DNA of 13,810 nucleotides from a virus (Duplodnaviria; Heunggongvirae; Uroviricota; Caudoviricetes): IMG/VR virus record IMGVR_UViG_2695420521_000003; one strand, 5' to 3'. Shown piece by piece: positions 7,214 to 13,810 of this stretch (position 1 is its first letter; each line of letters starts with the position of its first letter). The notes under the pieces were generated by a model. It saw only the letters and a program-made list of their open reading frames with translations, ran no database searches and was not told where the DNA came from. The position numbers and the translations under genes were made by a program.

Positions 7214-7429
7214 ATGCAGAAACGAGAACCCGTCATCATCGCGCCAGGCTATACCGATGATGAAATTTACGAATGGATGTGCGGGAAGGTACGCGCCATT
7301 AATGACCTGAAGCAGGCTGCTGACTATAAAGAGCGCCTCTCTAAAGAACTGGCGTCAGCGGAGCAGGATATTACCACTCTTGCAAAAAGCGCGGCATTAA
7401 ACGTTTCACGAGTGATTGAAAACTACTGA
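7214..7429 (+). CDS. Small early-left protein (71 aa), function unknown (same position and size class as ydfC / kil-type genes)
   Basis: Track ORF with an SD (GAGGAA) 7 nt upstream of the ATG. Confidence 0.55.
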   Translation: MQKREPVIIAPGYTDDEIYEWMCGKVRAINDLKQAADYKERLSKELASAEQDITTLAKSAALNVSRVIENY

Positions 7430-7432
7430 CTG

Positions 7433-7849
7433 ATGAGGCTGATGATGGAATTTAAAGATTTACCAATGCCATTCCAGGAAATGGCAGCGAATATAGTTCG
7501 CTCCCAACTGGCGACTCTTGACCTGAGTACTGTAGAAAAGGAAACCATCGATACTATATCCGGTAACGTGCGTCGTGCCTTTATAGGTCTGTATGAAGAG
7601 AAGCGCCCATTCGGCGGACAGAATTCGCCTGAAAACAAGAATCAAGCAAATGATGAGAAGCTGAAACACATTATCGCCTTACTTTTGGAAGACGCAAAAC
7701 GTCTACAGCAACTGGAACCAAATGCAGGCACAGAGGCCCGCATTTGGATTGCCATGAAATCACTCAAATGTGAAAGCAGTGATTATTTCAAAACCACAAT
7801 TAAAACTACTCAGCTTTCGGAAGAACTACTGAATAAATTGCCACAATAA
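7433..7849 (+). CDS. Hypothetical protein (138 aa), translationally coupled to the upstream gene
   Basis: ATG 3 nt after the upstream stop. No recognisable motifs. Ends 30 nt before a strong hairpin. Confidence 0.6.
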   Translation: MRLMMEFKDLPMPFQEMAANIVRSQLATLDLSTVEKETIDTISGNVRRAFIGLYEEKRPFGGQNSPENKNQANDEKLKHIIALLLEDAKRLQQLEPNAGTEARIWIAMKSLKCESSDYFKTTIKTTQLSEELLNKLPQ

Positions 7850-7879
7850 TATATTTTCTTATAGAGTGGTTAAAAATAT

Positions 7880-7901
7880 GGGTCAGCATTATAGCTGACC
7901 C
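7880..7901. terminator. Stem-loop between convergent genes, likely a terminator for the antisense small ORF and possibly bidirectional
   Basis: GGGTCAGC-ATTATA-GCTGACCC (8-bp stem). On the minus strand it is followed by ATATTTTTAA. On the plus strand the flanking sequence is less T-rich. Confidence 0.5.
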
Positions 7902-7925
7902 GAATAACAGAGAATATTTTAAATA

Positions 7926-8099
7926 TTAGCTCGTAACTTGTGATTGTTCTTTAATAAATTCATACAAGCGCACAAGTTCTTTCAACTCTTCAAAGCACAT
8001 AGCGGAATTTTCAATTTTTCCAGCTTTGATTAGTGCCAAAAGAGCCTGATGTGCACAAGCATATGGATCAGTTACAGGGCTAATAATATCAACTTGCAT
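7926..8099 (-). CDS. Antisense small ORF (57 aa from the ATG at 8099; track ORF extends to 8111), AT-rich, function unknown
   Basis: A strong SD (GGAGGA) sits 4-5 nt upstream of the ATG at 8099. Own hairpin terminator downstream. Orientation opposes the surrounding operon. Translation MQVDIISPVTDPYACAHQALLALIKAGKIENSAMCFEELKELVRLYEFIKEQSQVTS. Confidence 0.45.
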   Translation of the reverse strand: MQVDIISPVTDPYACAHQALLALIKAGKIENSAMCFEELKELVRLYEFIKEQSQVTS

Positions 8100-8437
8100 C
8101 TTATCCTCCATTGAGGTTCTGGGTTAAAGATGGAGACCAACACGCGGCAACGTGTGGTCGTGCGCCGGACACGGATAAGAATCCGGCACTGACAGTTTAC
8201 TGAAAGAATATATCCCTGCAAAGTCAGGGCATAACGCGAAAGCGCACGGCGAGGCTGTTAGTTCATAAATGGTCTGTCGTTAAATTTTCGTCGACCGTGC
8301 GCTTCCGGTTGTGGCAATCCGCGAAATGGCGCGGCGGTAAGTATGGCGGGGTTATTCCTTCCCCGTTGAGGACACCGGGTTGTCAGGTTGACCATACGCT
8401 TAAGTGATAACCCCGCTGCAACGCCCTCTGTTATCAA

Positions 8438-8496
8438 TTTTCTGGTGACGTTTGGCGGTATCAGTTTTACTCCGTGACTGCTCTGCCGCCCTTTTT
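8438..8496 (+). ncRNA. dicF: DicF-like small RNA (prophage-encoded cell-division inhibitor sRNA targeting ftsZ mRNA)
   Basis: TTTCTGGTGACGTTTGGCGGTATCAGTTTTACTCCGTGACTGCTCTGCCGCCCTTTTT matches my recollection of E. coli DicF, including the GC-rich 3' end followed by a T-run. It lies in an ORF-free stretch of the early-left operon on the operon strand, as in Qin (dicA-ydfABC-dicF-dicB). Ends are approximate. Confidence 0.6.
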
Positions 8497-8670
8497 AAAG
8501 TGAATTTTGTGATGTGGTGAATGCGGCTGAGCGCACGCGGAACAGTTAAAACCGAAAACAGTGTTATGGGTGGATTCTCTGTATCCGGCGTTAATTGTTA
8601 ACTGGTTAACGTCACCTGGAGGCACCAGGCACCGCATCAACAAAGTTCATTTGTAAAAATGGAGATAATT

Positions 8671-8892
8671 ATGATTGCTCATCACTTCGGAACTGATGAG
8701 ATTCCTCGTCAGTGCGTGACCCCCGGTGATTATGTTATTCATAAAGGAAGAACATATATTGCTTCGGTAAACAACATTAAAAAACAACGGCTCTATATTC
8801 GTGATTTTTCCACACAACACTGTATTAAGGAAACCATGATTAAAGTCTTCCTTGGTCGTGATGGTTTACCTGTAAAAGCAGAGTCATGGTGA
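8671..8892 (+). CDS. Hypothetical small protein (73 aa from the ATG at 8671; track ORF starts 8659), in the position held by dicB in Qin but not recognisably DicB
   Basis: SD (GGAG) 6 nt upstream of 8671. Translation [73 protein letters not shown]. Confidence 0.5.
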   Translation: MIAHHFGTDEIPRQCVTPGDYVIHKGRTYIASVNNIKKQRLYIRDFSTQHCIKETMIKVFLGRDGLPVKAESW

Positions 8893-9015
8893 GCAGTAAT
8901 AAAATAACTGCCACAATACGACATTCAGCTTAATGAATACATCAGATTTGATTCTTATATGCCAGCAATGGCAGGGATTTGTTCATCCTTAAATCTGTCA
9001 TGAGGTTAAAACAAA

Positions 9016-11490
9016 ATGAGTAAAGTCTTTATTTGCGCCGCCATTCCGGACGAACAGGCAATAAAGGAAGAAGGTGCAGTTGCTGTAGCCACTGCCATTG
9101 AAGCCGGTGACGAACGCCGCGCCCGCGCCAAATTTACCTGGCAATTCCTGGAGCAATATCCGGCTGCTCAGGACTGTGCTTATAAATTTCTTGTCTGCGA
9201 GGATAAACCCGGCATGGCCCGCCCTGCCCTTGATTCCTGGGATACCGAATATATGCAGGAAAACCGCTGGGATGAGGGAGCGTCTTCCTTTGTCCCGGTC
9301 GAACCAGAGCCGAATACAGAAATTGTTAACTTTAATCAGTTATCCGACGACAAACAGGCCGCTGTTCTCGTTAAGTTTGGCGCACATGAAAACGTCACCG
9401 TGGATATGGTCATCAACGCAAGCGGGCTTCTTGGCGATGACGACATGATGACCTTTGACGGACACCTCGCAGAGGCAATTATCCGGACTAAAGAAATTAA
9501 CGCCATGTATCCGGAACGTCAGATTGAATACATCAACGATGCCAGACGTGATTTAAAACCAACCGCCAAATGGCCCGACGTTCAGGCATATTTTCTCGAC
9601 CGTAAAAAACGCCAGGAAAAGGAGCGCAAAGAAGGTAGTGCATATACTTCTGTTGTTGATCTCGCCCGCGCCAGCGTCAACCGACAGAACACTGAAAATT
9701 CAACAGGAAAAATCAACCCGGTCATTGCTACCACTCATCGCGAATACAAGCAGACATGGAAAACACTGGATGACGAACTGGCCTACGCTCTCTGGCCTGG
9801 TGATGTGGATGCCGGAAACATTGACGGCAGCATCCATCGCTGGGCAAAAAAAGAAGTTATCGACAACGACCGCGAAGACTGGAAGCGTATCTCGGCATCA
9901 ATGCGCAAACAGCCTGATGCCCTTCGCTACGACCGCCAGACTATTTTTGGCCTTGTCCGTGAACGTCCGATCGACATTCACAAAGACCCTGGGGCACTGA
10001 ACAAATACATTACTGAATACCTGACTACAAAGGGCGTGTTTGAAGATGAAGGAAGAAATCAGAGCGCAACTGATACTCTCTCGTCGCCAGTACCAGAAAC
10101 TGATGCAGTGGAAACGGCAATTCCGGGCAACGAAAAAACCGAATGCAAAGTGGAAGTCGAACCATCTGTAGAGCGTGAGGGGCCGTTCTACTTCCTCTTC
10201 ACCGACAAGGATGGCGAAAAATACGGTCGCGCAAACAAACTTTCTGGTCTGGATAAGGCGCTGGCTGCCGGGGCTACTGAAATCACGAAAGAAGAATATT
10301 TCGCCCGCAAAAACGGTACATACTCAGGTTCACAACAAAATACTGGTGCATCTGACACGACCGCACAACCAGAGCCGGTAAAAGTTACAGCTGACGAAGT
10401 AAGCAAAATTATGCAGGCAGCCAATATCAGCCAGCCTGACGCCGATAAGTTGCTTGCGGCCTCTCGCGGTGAATTTGTTGCAGGGATTAGCGATCCGAAT
10501 GATCCGAAATGGGTGAAGGGGATTGAAACCCGCGATTCTGTGAACCAGAACCAGCAAGAAACCGAACAGAACGACCAGAAAGCGGAACAAAACAGCCCAA
10601 ATACGCAACAAAACGAGCCAGAAACGAAACAACCTGAGCCAGTAGCGCAACAGGAACCGGAAAAAGTCTGCACCGCCTGCGGTCAGAGCGGTGGCGGCAA
10701 CTGCCCTGATTGTGGCGCGGTGATGGGTGACACAACATACCAGGAAATATTCGATGAAGAGAATCAGCCTGAAGTTCAGGAAAATGATCCGGAGGAAATG
10801 GAAGGTACTGCACATCAGCACAAGGAGAACACTGGCGGCAATCAGCATCATGCCAGCGATAGTGAAACTGGCGAGGCGTCAGATCCCTTAATTAAGGCGA
10901 ACAGTCATCATAATCTCACATCCACCAGCAGAGCGGGGATTCATCTGATGATCGACCTTGAAACCATGGGAAAAAATCCCGATGCCCCGATTATCTCAAT
11001 AGGCGCAATATTTTTCGATCCGCAAACCGGAGATATGGGACCAGAATTTAGCAAGACCATCGATCTGGATACTGCTGGCGGAGTCATTGATCGTGACGTC
11101 ATTAAATGGTGGCTGAAGCAATCACGTGAAGCGCAGTCTGCCATTATGACCGATGAAATCCCGTTAGATGATGCACTACTGCAATTGCGGGAATTTATCG
11201 ACGAAAACTCCGGTGAATTTTTTGTTCAGGTCTGGGGTAATGGGGCCAACTTCGACAACGTGATTTTACGCCGTTCATACGAACGACAGGGTATCCCCTG
11301 CCCGTGGCGCTACAGCAACGATCGCGATGTACGCACAATCGTTGAGCTGGGGAAAGCCATAGACTTCGATGCCAGAACTGCTATCCCATTCGAAGGTGAG
11401 CACCATAATGCACTTGATGACGCTCGTTACCAGGCAAAATACGTTTCAGCTATCTGGCAAAAACTGATCCCGAGTCAGGCTGATTTTTAA
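9016..11490 (+). CDS. Large phage protein (824 aa): N-terminal domain of unknown function, Q/N/E-rich linker, CxxC-x7-CxxC zinc ribbon, C-terminal DEDDh (DnaQ-like) 3'-5' exonuclease domain
   Basis: C-terminal motifs Exo I (MIDLETMG), Exo II (GNGANFDNVIL) and Exo III (HNALDDARY). Zinc ribbon CTACGQSGGGNCPDCG. Low-complexity linker NQNQQETEQNDQKAEQNSPNTQQNEPETKQPEPVAQQEPEK. It sits where lambdoid phages carry exo/recE, but no annealase gene is adjacent. Confidence 0.8.
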   Translation: MSKVFICAAIPDEQAIKEEGAVAVATAIEAGDERRARAKFTWQFLEQYPAAQDCAYKFLVCEDKPGMARPALDSWDTEYMQENRWDEGASSFVPVEPEPNTEIVNFNQLSDDKQAAVLVKFGAHENVTVDMVINASGLLGDDDMMTFDGHLAEAIIRTKEINAMYPERQIEYINDARRDLKPTAKWPDVQAYFLDRKKRQEKERKEGSAYTSVVDLARASVNRQNTENSTGKINPVIATTHREYKQTWKTLDDELAYALWPGDVDAGNIDGSIHRWAKKEVIDNDREDWKRISASMRKQPDALRYDRQTIFGLVRERPIDIHKDPGALNKYITEYLTTKGVFEDEGRNQSATDTLSSPVPETDAVETAIPGNEKTECKVEVEPSVEREGPFYFLFTDKDGEKYGRANKLSGLDKALAAGATEITKEEYFARKNGTYSGSQQNTGASDTTAQPEPVKVTADEVSKIMQAANISQPDADKLLAASRGEFVAGISDPNDPKWVKGIETRDSVNQNQQETEQNDQKAEQNSPNTQQNEPETKQPEPVAQQEPEKVCTACGQSGGGNCPDCGAVMGDTTYQEIFDEENQPEVQENDPEEMEGTAHQHKENTGGNQHHASDSETGEASDPLIKANSHHNLTSTSRAGIHLMIDLETMGKNPDAPIISIGAIFFDPQTGDMGPEFSKTIDLDTAGGVIDRDVIKWWLKQSREAQSAIMTDEIPLDDALLQLREFIDENSGEFFVQVWGNGANFDNVILRRSYERQGIPCPWRYSNDRDVRTIVELGKAIDFDARTAIPFEGEHHNALDDARYQAKYVSAIWQKLIPSQADF

Positions 11491-11542
11491 TGTTCAACCC
11501 TAATTGCCGCTAACCGTATATAGTTAGCGGCGGTTATGAGAT

Positions 11543-11752
11543 ATGGCTATGAGCAGCTTATTTTTAACCGAAGATGAATTGCTAATATTAACAGGCTGCA
11601 AATATGCAAGCCACCAGCGAAAATGGTTAATGGAAAACGGGCTTCCGTTCTATACCAATCGTAGTGGCAAACCGATTGTCAGCCGGGATCTATTTACCTG
11701 CAATAAAACTTTACCACCACGCGAGGTAGAGCCGAATTTTGGTGCAATCTGA
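11543..11752 (+). CDS. xis: Excisionase-like protein (69 aa)
   Basis: Small ORF immediately upstream of the integrase, overlapping it by 1 nt (tgATG). Position and size are typical of Xis; it is not the lambda Xis sequence. Confidence 0.7.
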   Translation: MAMSSLFLTEDELLILTGCKYASHQRKWLMENGLPFYTNRSGKPIVSRDLFTCNKTLPPREVEPNFGAI

Positions 11753-12777
11753 TGGGAAGACGAAGGAAAAATCCTGAACACGAAAAATTACCTCCAAATG
11801 TATACCCAAATAAATATAGTTATGTATGGAAACCAACATCCAGAGAATCTGTAACACTAACCGCCATCAAGGATGGTTTAGCTGCTTTATGGAAAAAGTA
11901 TGAGGAAACTGTAAATAATCACGATCGTGCAATGACATTCGGTCGCTTGTGGGAAAAATTCCTCGCCAGCGCCTATTACAGTGACCTTAGTCCAAGAACA
12001 CAAAAAGATTATCTGCAACATCAAAAAAAGTTGCTTGCCGTATTCGGTAAGGTACCAGCGGATGCCATAAAACCAGAACACATCCGTCGATACATGGACA
12101 AAAGAGGGGAGCAGAGTAAAACGCAAGCCAACCATGAAAAAAGCAGTATGTCCCGTGTTTACAGTTGGGGGTATGAGCGAGGGTACGTGAAGGCTAACCC
12201 ATGTGCAGGTGTAAGTAAATTCAAGGCCAAAAACCGCGAACGATATGTAACCGACAAAGAATACCAGGCAGTATTAAGCGTTGCACCTCTTCCTGTTTTT
12301 ATCGCAATGGAAATTGCCTATCTGTGTGCAGCGAGGGTTTCCGATGTGTTATCGCTGAAATGGGAACAGATTGGAAACGACGGGATATTCATCCAGCAAG
12401 GGAAAACCGGAAAAAAACAGATAAAAGCATGGAGTCCACGATTACAGGCAGCGATCGAAAAAGCAAAACAGTTACCAAAATCTGCCTATGTGATCAGCAA
12501 TCAATACGGCAACCGATATATGTACAAAGGCTTTAACGAAATGTGGGTAGATGCAAGAAATCGTGCTGGAAAAATTTCAGGTATTTTAACCGACTTCACC
12601 TTTCATGATCTGAAGGCGAAAGGAATTTCAGACTATGAAGGAAGCAGCCGGGATAAGCAACTTTTCTCTGGTCACAAAACCGAAGGGCAAGTGCTAATCT
12701 ATGACAGGAAGGTTAAAGTTTCACCAACACTTGATGTCCCGTTACCTGAAAATATTCCAAGAAAATATTCCAAGTAA
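11752..12777 (+). CDS. int: Lambda-family tyrosine integrase
   Basis: 341 aa. The N-terminus MGRRRKNPEHEKLPPNVY parallels lambda Int (MGRRRSHERRDLPPNLY). C-terminal catalytic-region motifs are present (HDLKAKG, LIYDRK). The 3' end is 52 bp from the tRNA 3' end. Confidence 0.95.
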   Translation: MGRRRKNPEHEKLPPNVYPNKYSYVWKPTSRESVTLTAIKDGLAALWKKYEETVNNHDRAMTFGRLWEKFLASAYYSDLSPRTQKDYLQHQKKLLAVFGKVPADAIKPEHIRRYMDKRGEQSKTQANHEKSSMSRVYSWGYERGYVKANPCAGVSKFKAKNRERYVTDKEYQAVLSVAPLPVFIAMEIAYLCAARVSDVLSLKWEQIGNDGIFIQQGKTGKKQIKAWSPRLQAAIEKAKQLPKSAYVISNQYGNRYMYKGFNEMWVDARNRAGKISGILTDFTFHDLKAKGISDYEGSSRDKQLFSGHKTEGQVLIYDRKVKVSPTLDVPLPENIPRKYSK

Positions 12778-12829
12778 TTCCAAGTGTGATTTTTGTCACT
12801 GACTTAATGATGTGTAAGTGATTGAATTT

Positions 12830-12919
12830 TGGCGGAGAGAGGGGGATTTGAACCCCCGGTGGAGTTGCCCCCACTCCGGTTTTCGAGACCGGTCCGTTCA
12901 GCCGCTCCGGCATCTCTCC
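12830..12919 (-). tRNA. serU: tRNA-Ser (anticodon CGA), serU-like; prophage attachment site at its 3' end
   Basis: The reverse complement reads GGAGAGATGCCGGAGCGGCTGAACGGACCGGTCTCGAAAACCGGAGTGGGGGCAACTCCACCGGGGGTTCAAATCCCCCTCTCTCCGCCA. It has a 7-bp acceptor stem, anticodon loop CU-CGA-AA, long variable arm, T-loop GTTCAAATC and encoded CCA. Confidence 0.9.
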
Positions 12920-13012
12920 GTTCAGATGGTTGCCATGATGCCAGGAAATTTGGCATTTTAACAGTCCCTGTCCGTGCAATTTTGTTCAAGTGACGAGTTT
13001 GCGAGCAAAACG

Positions 13013-13810
13013 ATGATTAAGTGGCCCTGGAAAGTACAAGAATCAGCACATCAAACTGCCCTTCCCTGGCAGGAAGCACTATCGATCCCCCTTTTAACGT
13101 GTCTGACAGAACAGGAACAAAGCAAATTGGTCGCTCTTGCCGAACGTTTTTTACAGCAAAAACGGCTTGTTCCTTTACAGGGCTTTGAGCTGAATTCATT
13201 AAGGAGCTGCCGGATAGCACTTCTATTTTGCCTGCCCGTTCTGGAGTTAGGACTGGAATGGCTGGATGGTTTTCATGAAGTCTTAATTTATCCTGCGCCA
13301 TTTGTGGTCGATGATGAATGGGAAGACGATATCGGTCTGGTGCATAACCAACGTATTGTTCAGTCAGGTCAGAGCTGGCAGCAAGGGCCTATCGTTTTGA
13401 ACTGGTTGGATATACAAGATTCTTTTGATGCTTCTGGTTTTAACCTGATTATTCATGAAGTCGCTCATAAGCTGGACACCCGTAACGGCGATCGCGCCAG
13501 CGGAGTTCCCTTTATTTCGTTGCGTGAGGTTGCTGGCTGGGAACACGATCTTCATGCTGCAATGAACAACATTCAGGAAGAAATCGAATTAGTTGGTGAG
13601 AATGCGGCGAGCATTGATGCTTATGCTGCCAGTGATCCTGCTGAATGTTTTGCCGTACTTTCTGAATATTTCTTTAGCGCCCCAGAACTTTTTGCTCCTC
13701 GTTTCCCTTCATTGTGGCAACGTTTCTGTCAATTTTATCAACAAGATCCTTTGCAGAGACTGCATCACGCTAATGATACAGACTCGTTTTCGGCGACGAA
13801 TGTTCATTAA
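13013..13810 (+). CDS. mtfA: MtfA (Mlc titration factor A, zinc peptidase), chromosomal flank
   Basis: 265 aa from the internal ATG ([23 protein letters not shown]...), with the HEVAHKLD metalloprotease motif. Matches E. coli MtfA/YeeI as recalled. The track ORF begins at an upstream alternative start at 12974. The stop falls on the last bases of the window. Confidence 0.93.
   Translation: MIKWPWKVQESAHQTALPWQEALSIPLLTCLTEQEQSKLVALAERFLQQKRLVPLQGFELNSLRSCRIALLFCLPVLELGLEWLDGFHEVLIYPAPFVVDDEWEDDIGLVHNQRIVQSGQSWQQGPIVLNWLDIQDSFDASGFNLIIHEVAHKLDTRNGDRASGVPFISLREVAGWEHDLHAAMNNIQEEIELVGENAASIDAYAASDPAECFAVLSEYFFSAPELFAPRFPSLWQRFCQFYQQDPLQRLHHANDTDSFSATNVH

Larger units (their letters stand above)
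1..12850. mobile_element. Right-hand portion of a lambdoid prophage (Rac-type immunity module) integrated at tRNA-Ser(CGA); the left end lies beyond the window
   Basis: Seen in sequence: int-xis next to the 3' end of a tRNA, repressor with flanking operator clusters, Cro/CII-like pair, O-like gene with iterons, DnaC-like gene, cargo genes in an AT-rich nin-like region. The right boundary is approximate: the att core should overlap the tRNA 3' end near 12830-12850, but the second att copy is not in the window. Confidence 0.8.

Noticed and set aside
6844..7669. ORFs 6844..7071 -, 7002..7199 -, 7051..7260 +, 7423..7638 - and 7460..7669 -
   Set aside because: They overlap the translationally coupled small plus-strand genes of the early-left operon in other frames or on the opposite strand.
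8112..8658. Possible retron msr/msd or type III toxin-antitoxin RNA in the ORF-free stretch
   Set aside because: No reverse-transcriptase gene is adjacent and there are no tandem repeats typical of ToxI-like antitoxins. The only element I recognise is the DicF-like segment; the rest is kept as an open question in the findings.
9098..11144. Multiple ORFs in other frames or on the minus strand within the 824-aa gene (9098..9448, 9638..10000, 10175..10381, 10188..10673, 10330..10851, 10487..10813, 10941..11144)
   Set aside because: They are embedded in a long, well-supported CDS, and several arise from the low-complexity Q/N/E-rich linker.
11887..12536. ORFs 11887..12135 - and 12324..12536 + inside the integrase gene
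   Set aside because: Shadow ORFs within a confidently identified integrase.
12713..12989. Minus-strand ORFs 12713..12979 and 12804..12989
   Set aside because: They run straight through the tRNA-Ser gene and the int 3' end and use TTG starts; artefacts of the ORF caller.
13017..13555. Minus-strand ORFs 13017..13301 and 13364..13555
   Set aside because: Antisense to mtfA.
1..13810. CRISPR arrays, rRNA genes, IS elements
   Set aside because: No spacer-separated direct repeats, no rRNA-like sequence, and no transposase-like ORF with terminal inverted repeats were seen. The only regular repeats are the ori iterons and the operator palindromes.

Overview
The window is the right-hand ~12.8 kb of a lambdoid prophage with a Rac-type immunity region, integrated at the 3' end of a tRNA-Ser(CGA) (serU-like) gene, followed by chromosomal mtfA. 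From the right: mtfA (+), tRNA-Ser (-), lambda-family integrase and excisionase (+), an 824-aa protein with a C-terminal DEDDh 3'-5' exonuclease domain, then an early-left operon of small genes that includes a DicF-like sRNA. The immunity centre is a RacR-like repressor (+) flanked on both sides by TAGGC-N3-GCCTA operator clusters, divergent from a YdaS(Cro-like)/YdaT(CII-like) pair (-). Leftward (-) follow an O-like replication initiator with in-gene iterons, a DnaC-like helicase loader and a double winged-helix protein. The nin-like region carries a degraded gene, a self-contained orphan periplasmic substrate-binding protein, a hok/mok toxin locus and an unassigned ORF. The most unusual stretch is 7850-8440: an antisense 57-aa ORF with its own Shine-Dalgarno and terminator, plus ~330 bp of ORF-free sequence immediately upstream of the DicF-like RNA. 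All identifications rest on reading the sequence and on recalled family knowledge; no database search was run, and hand-counted coordinates may be off by 1-2 bp.
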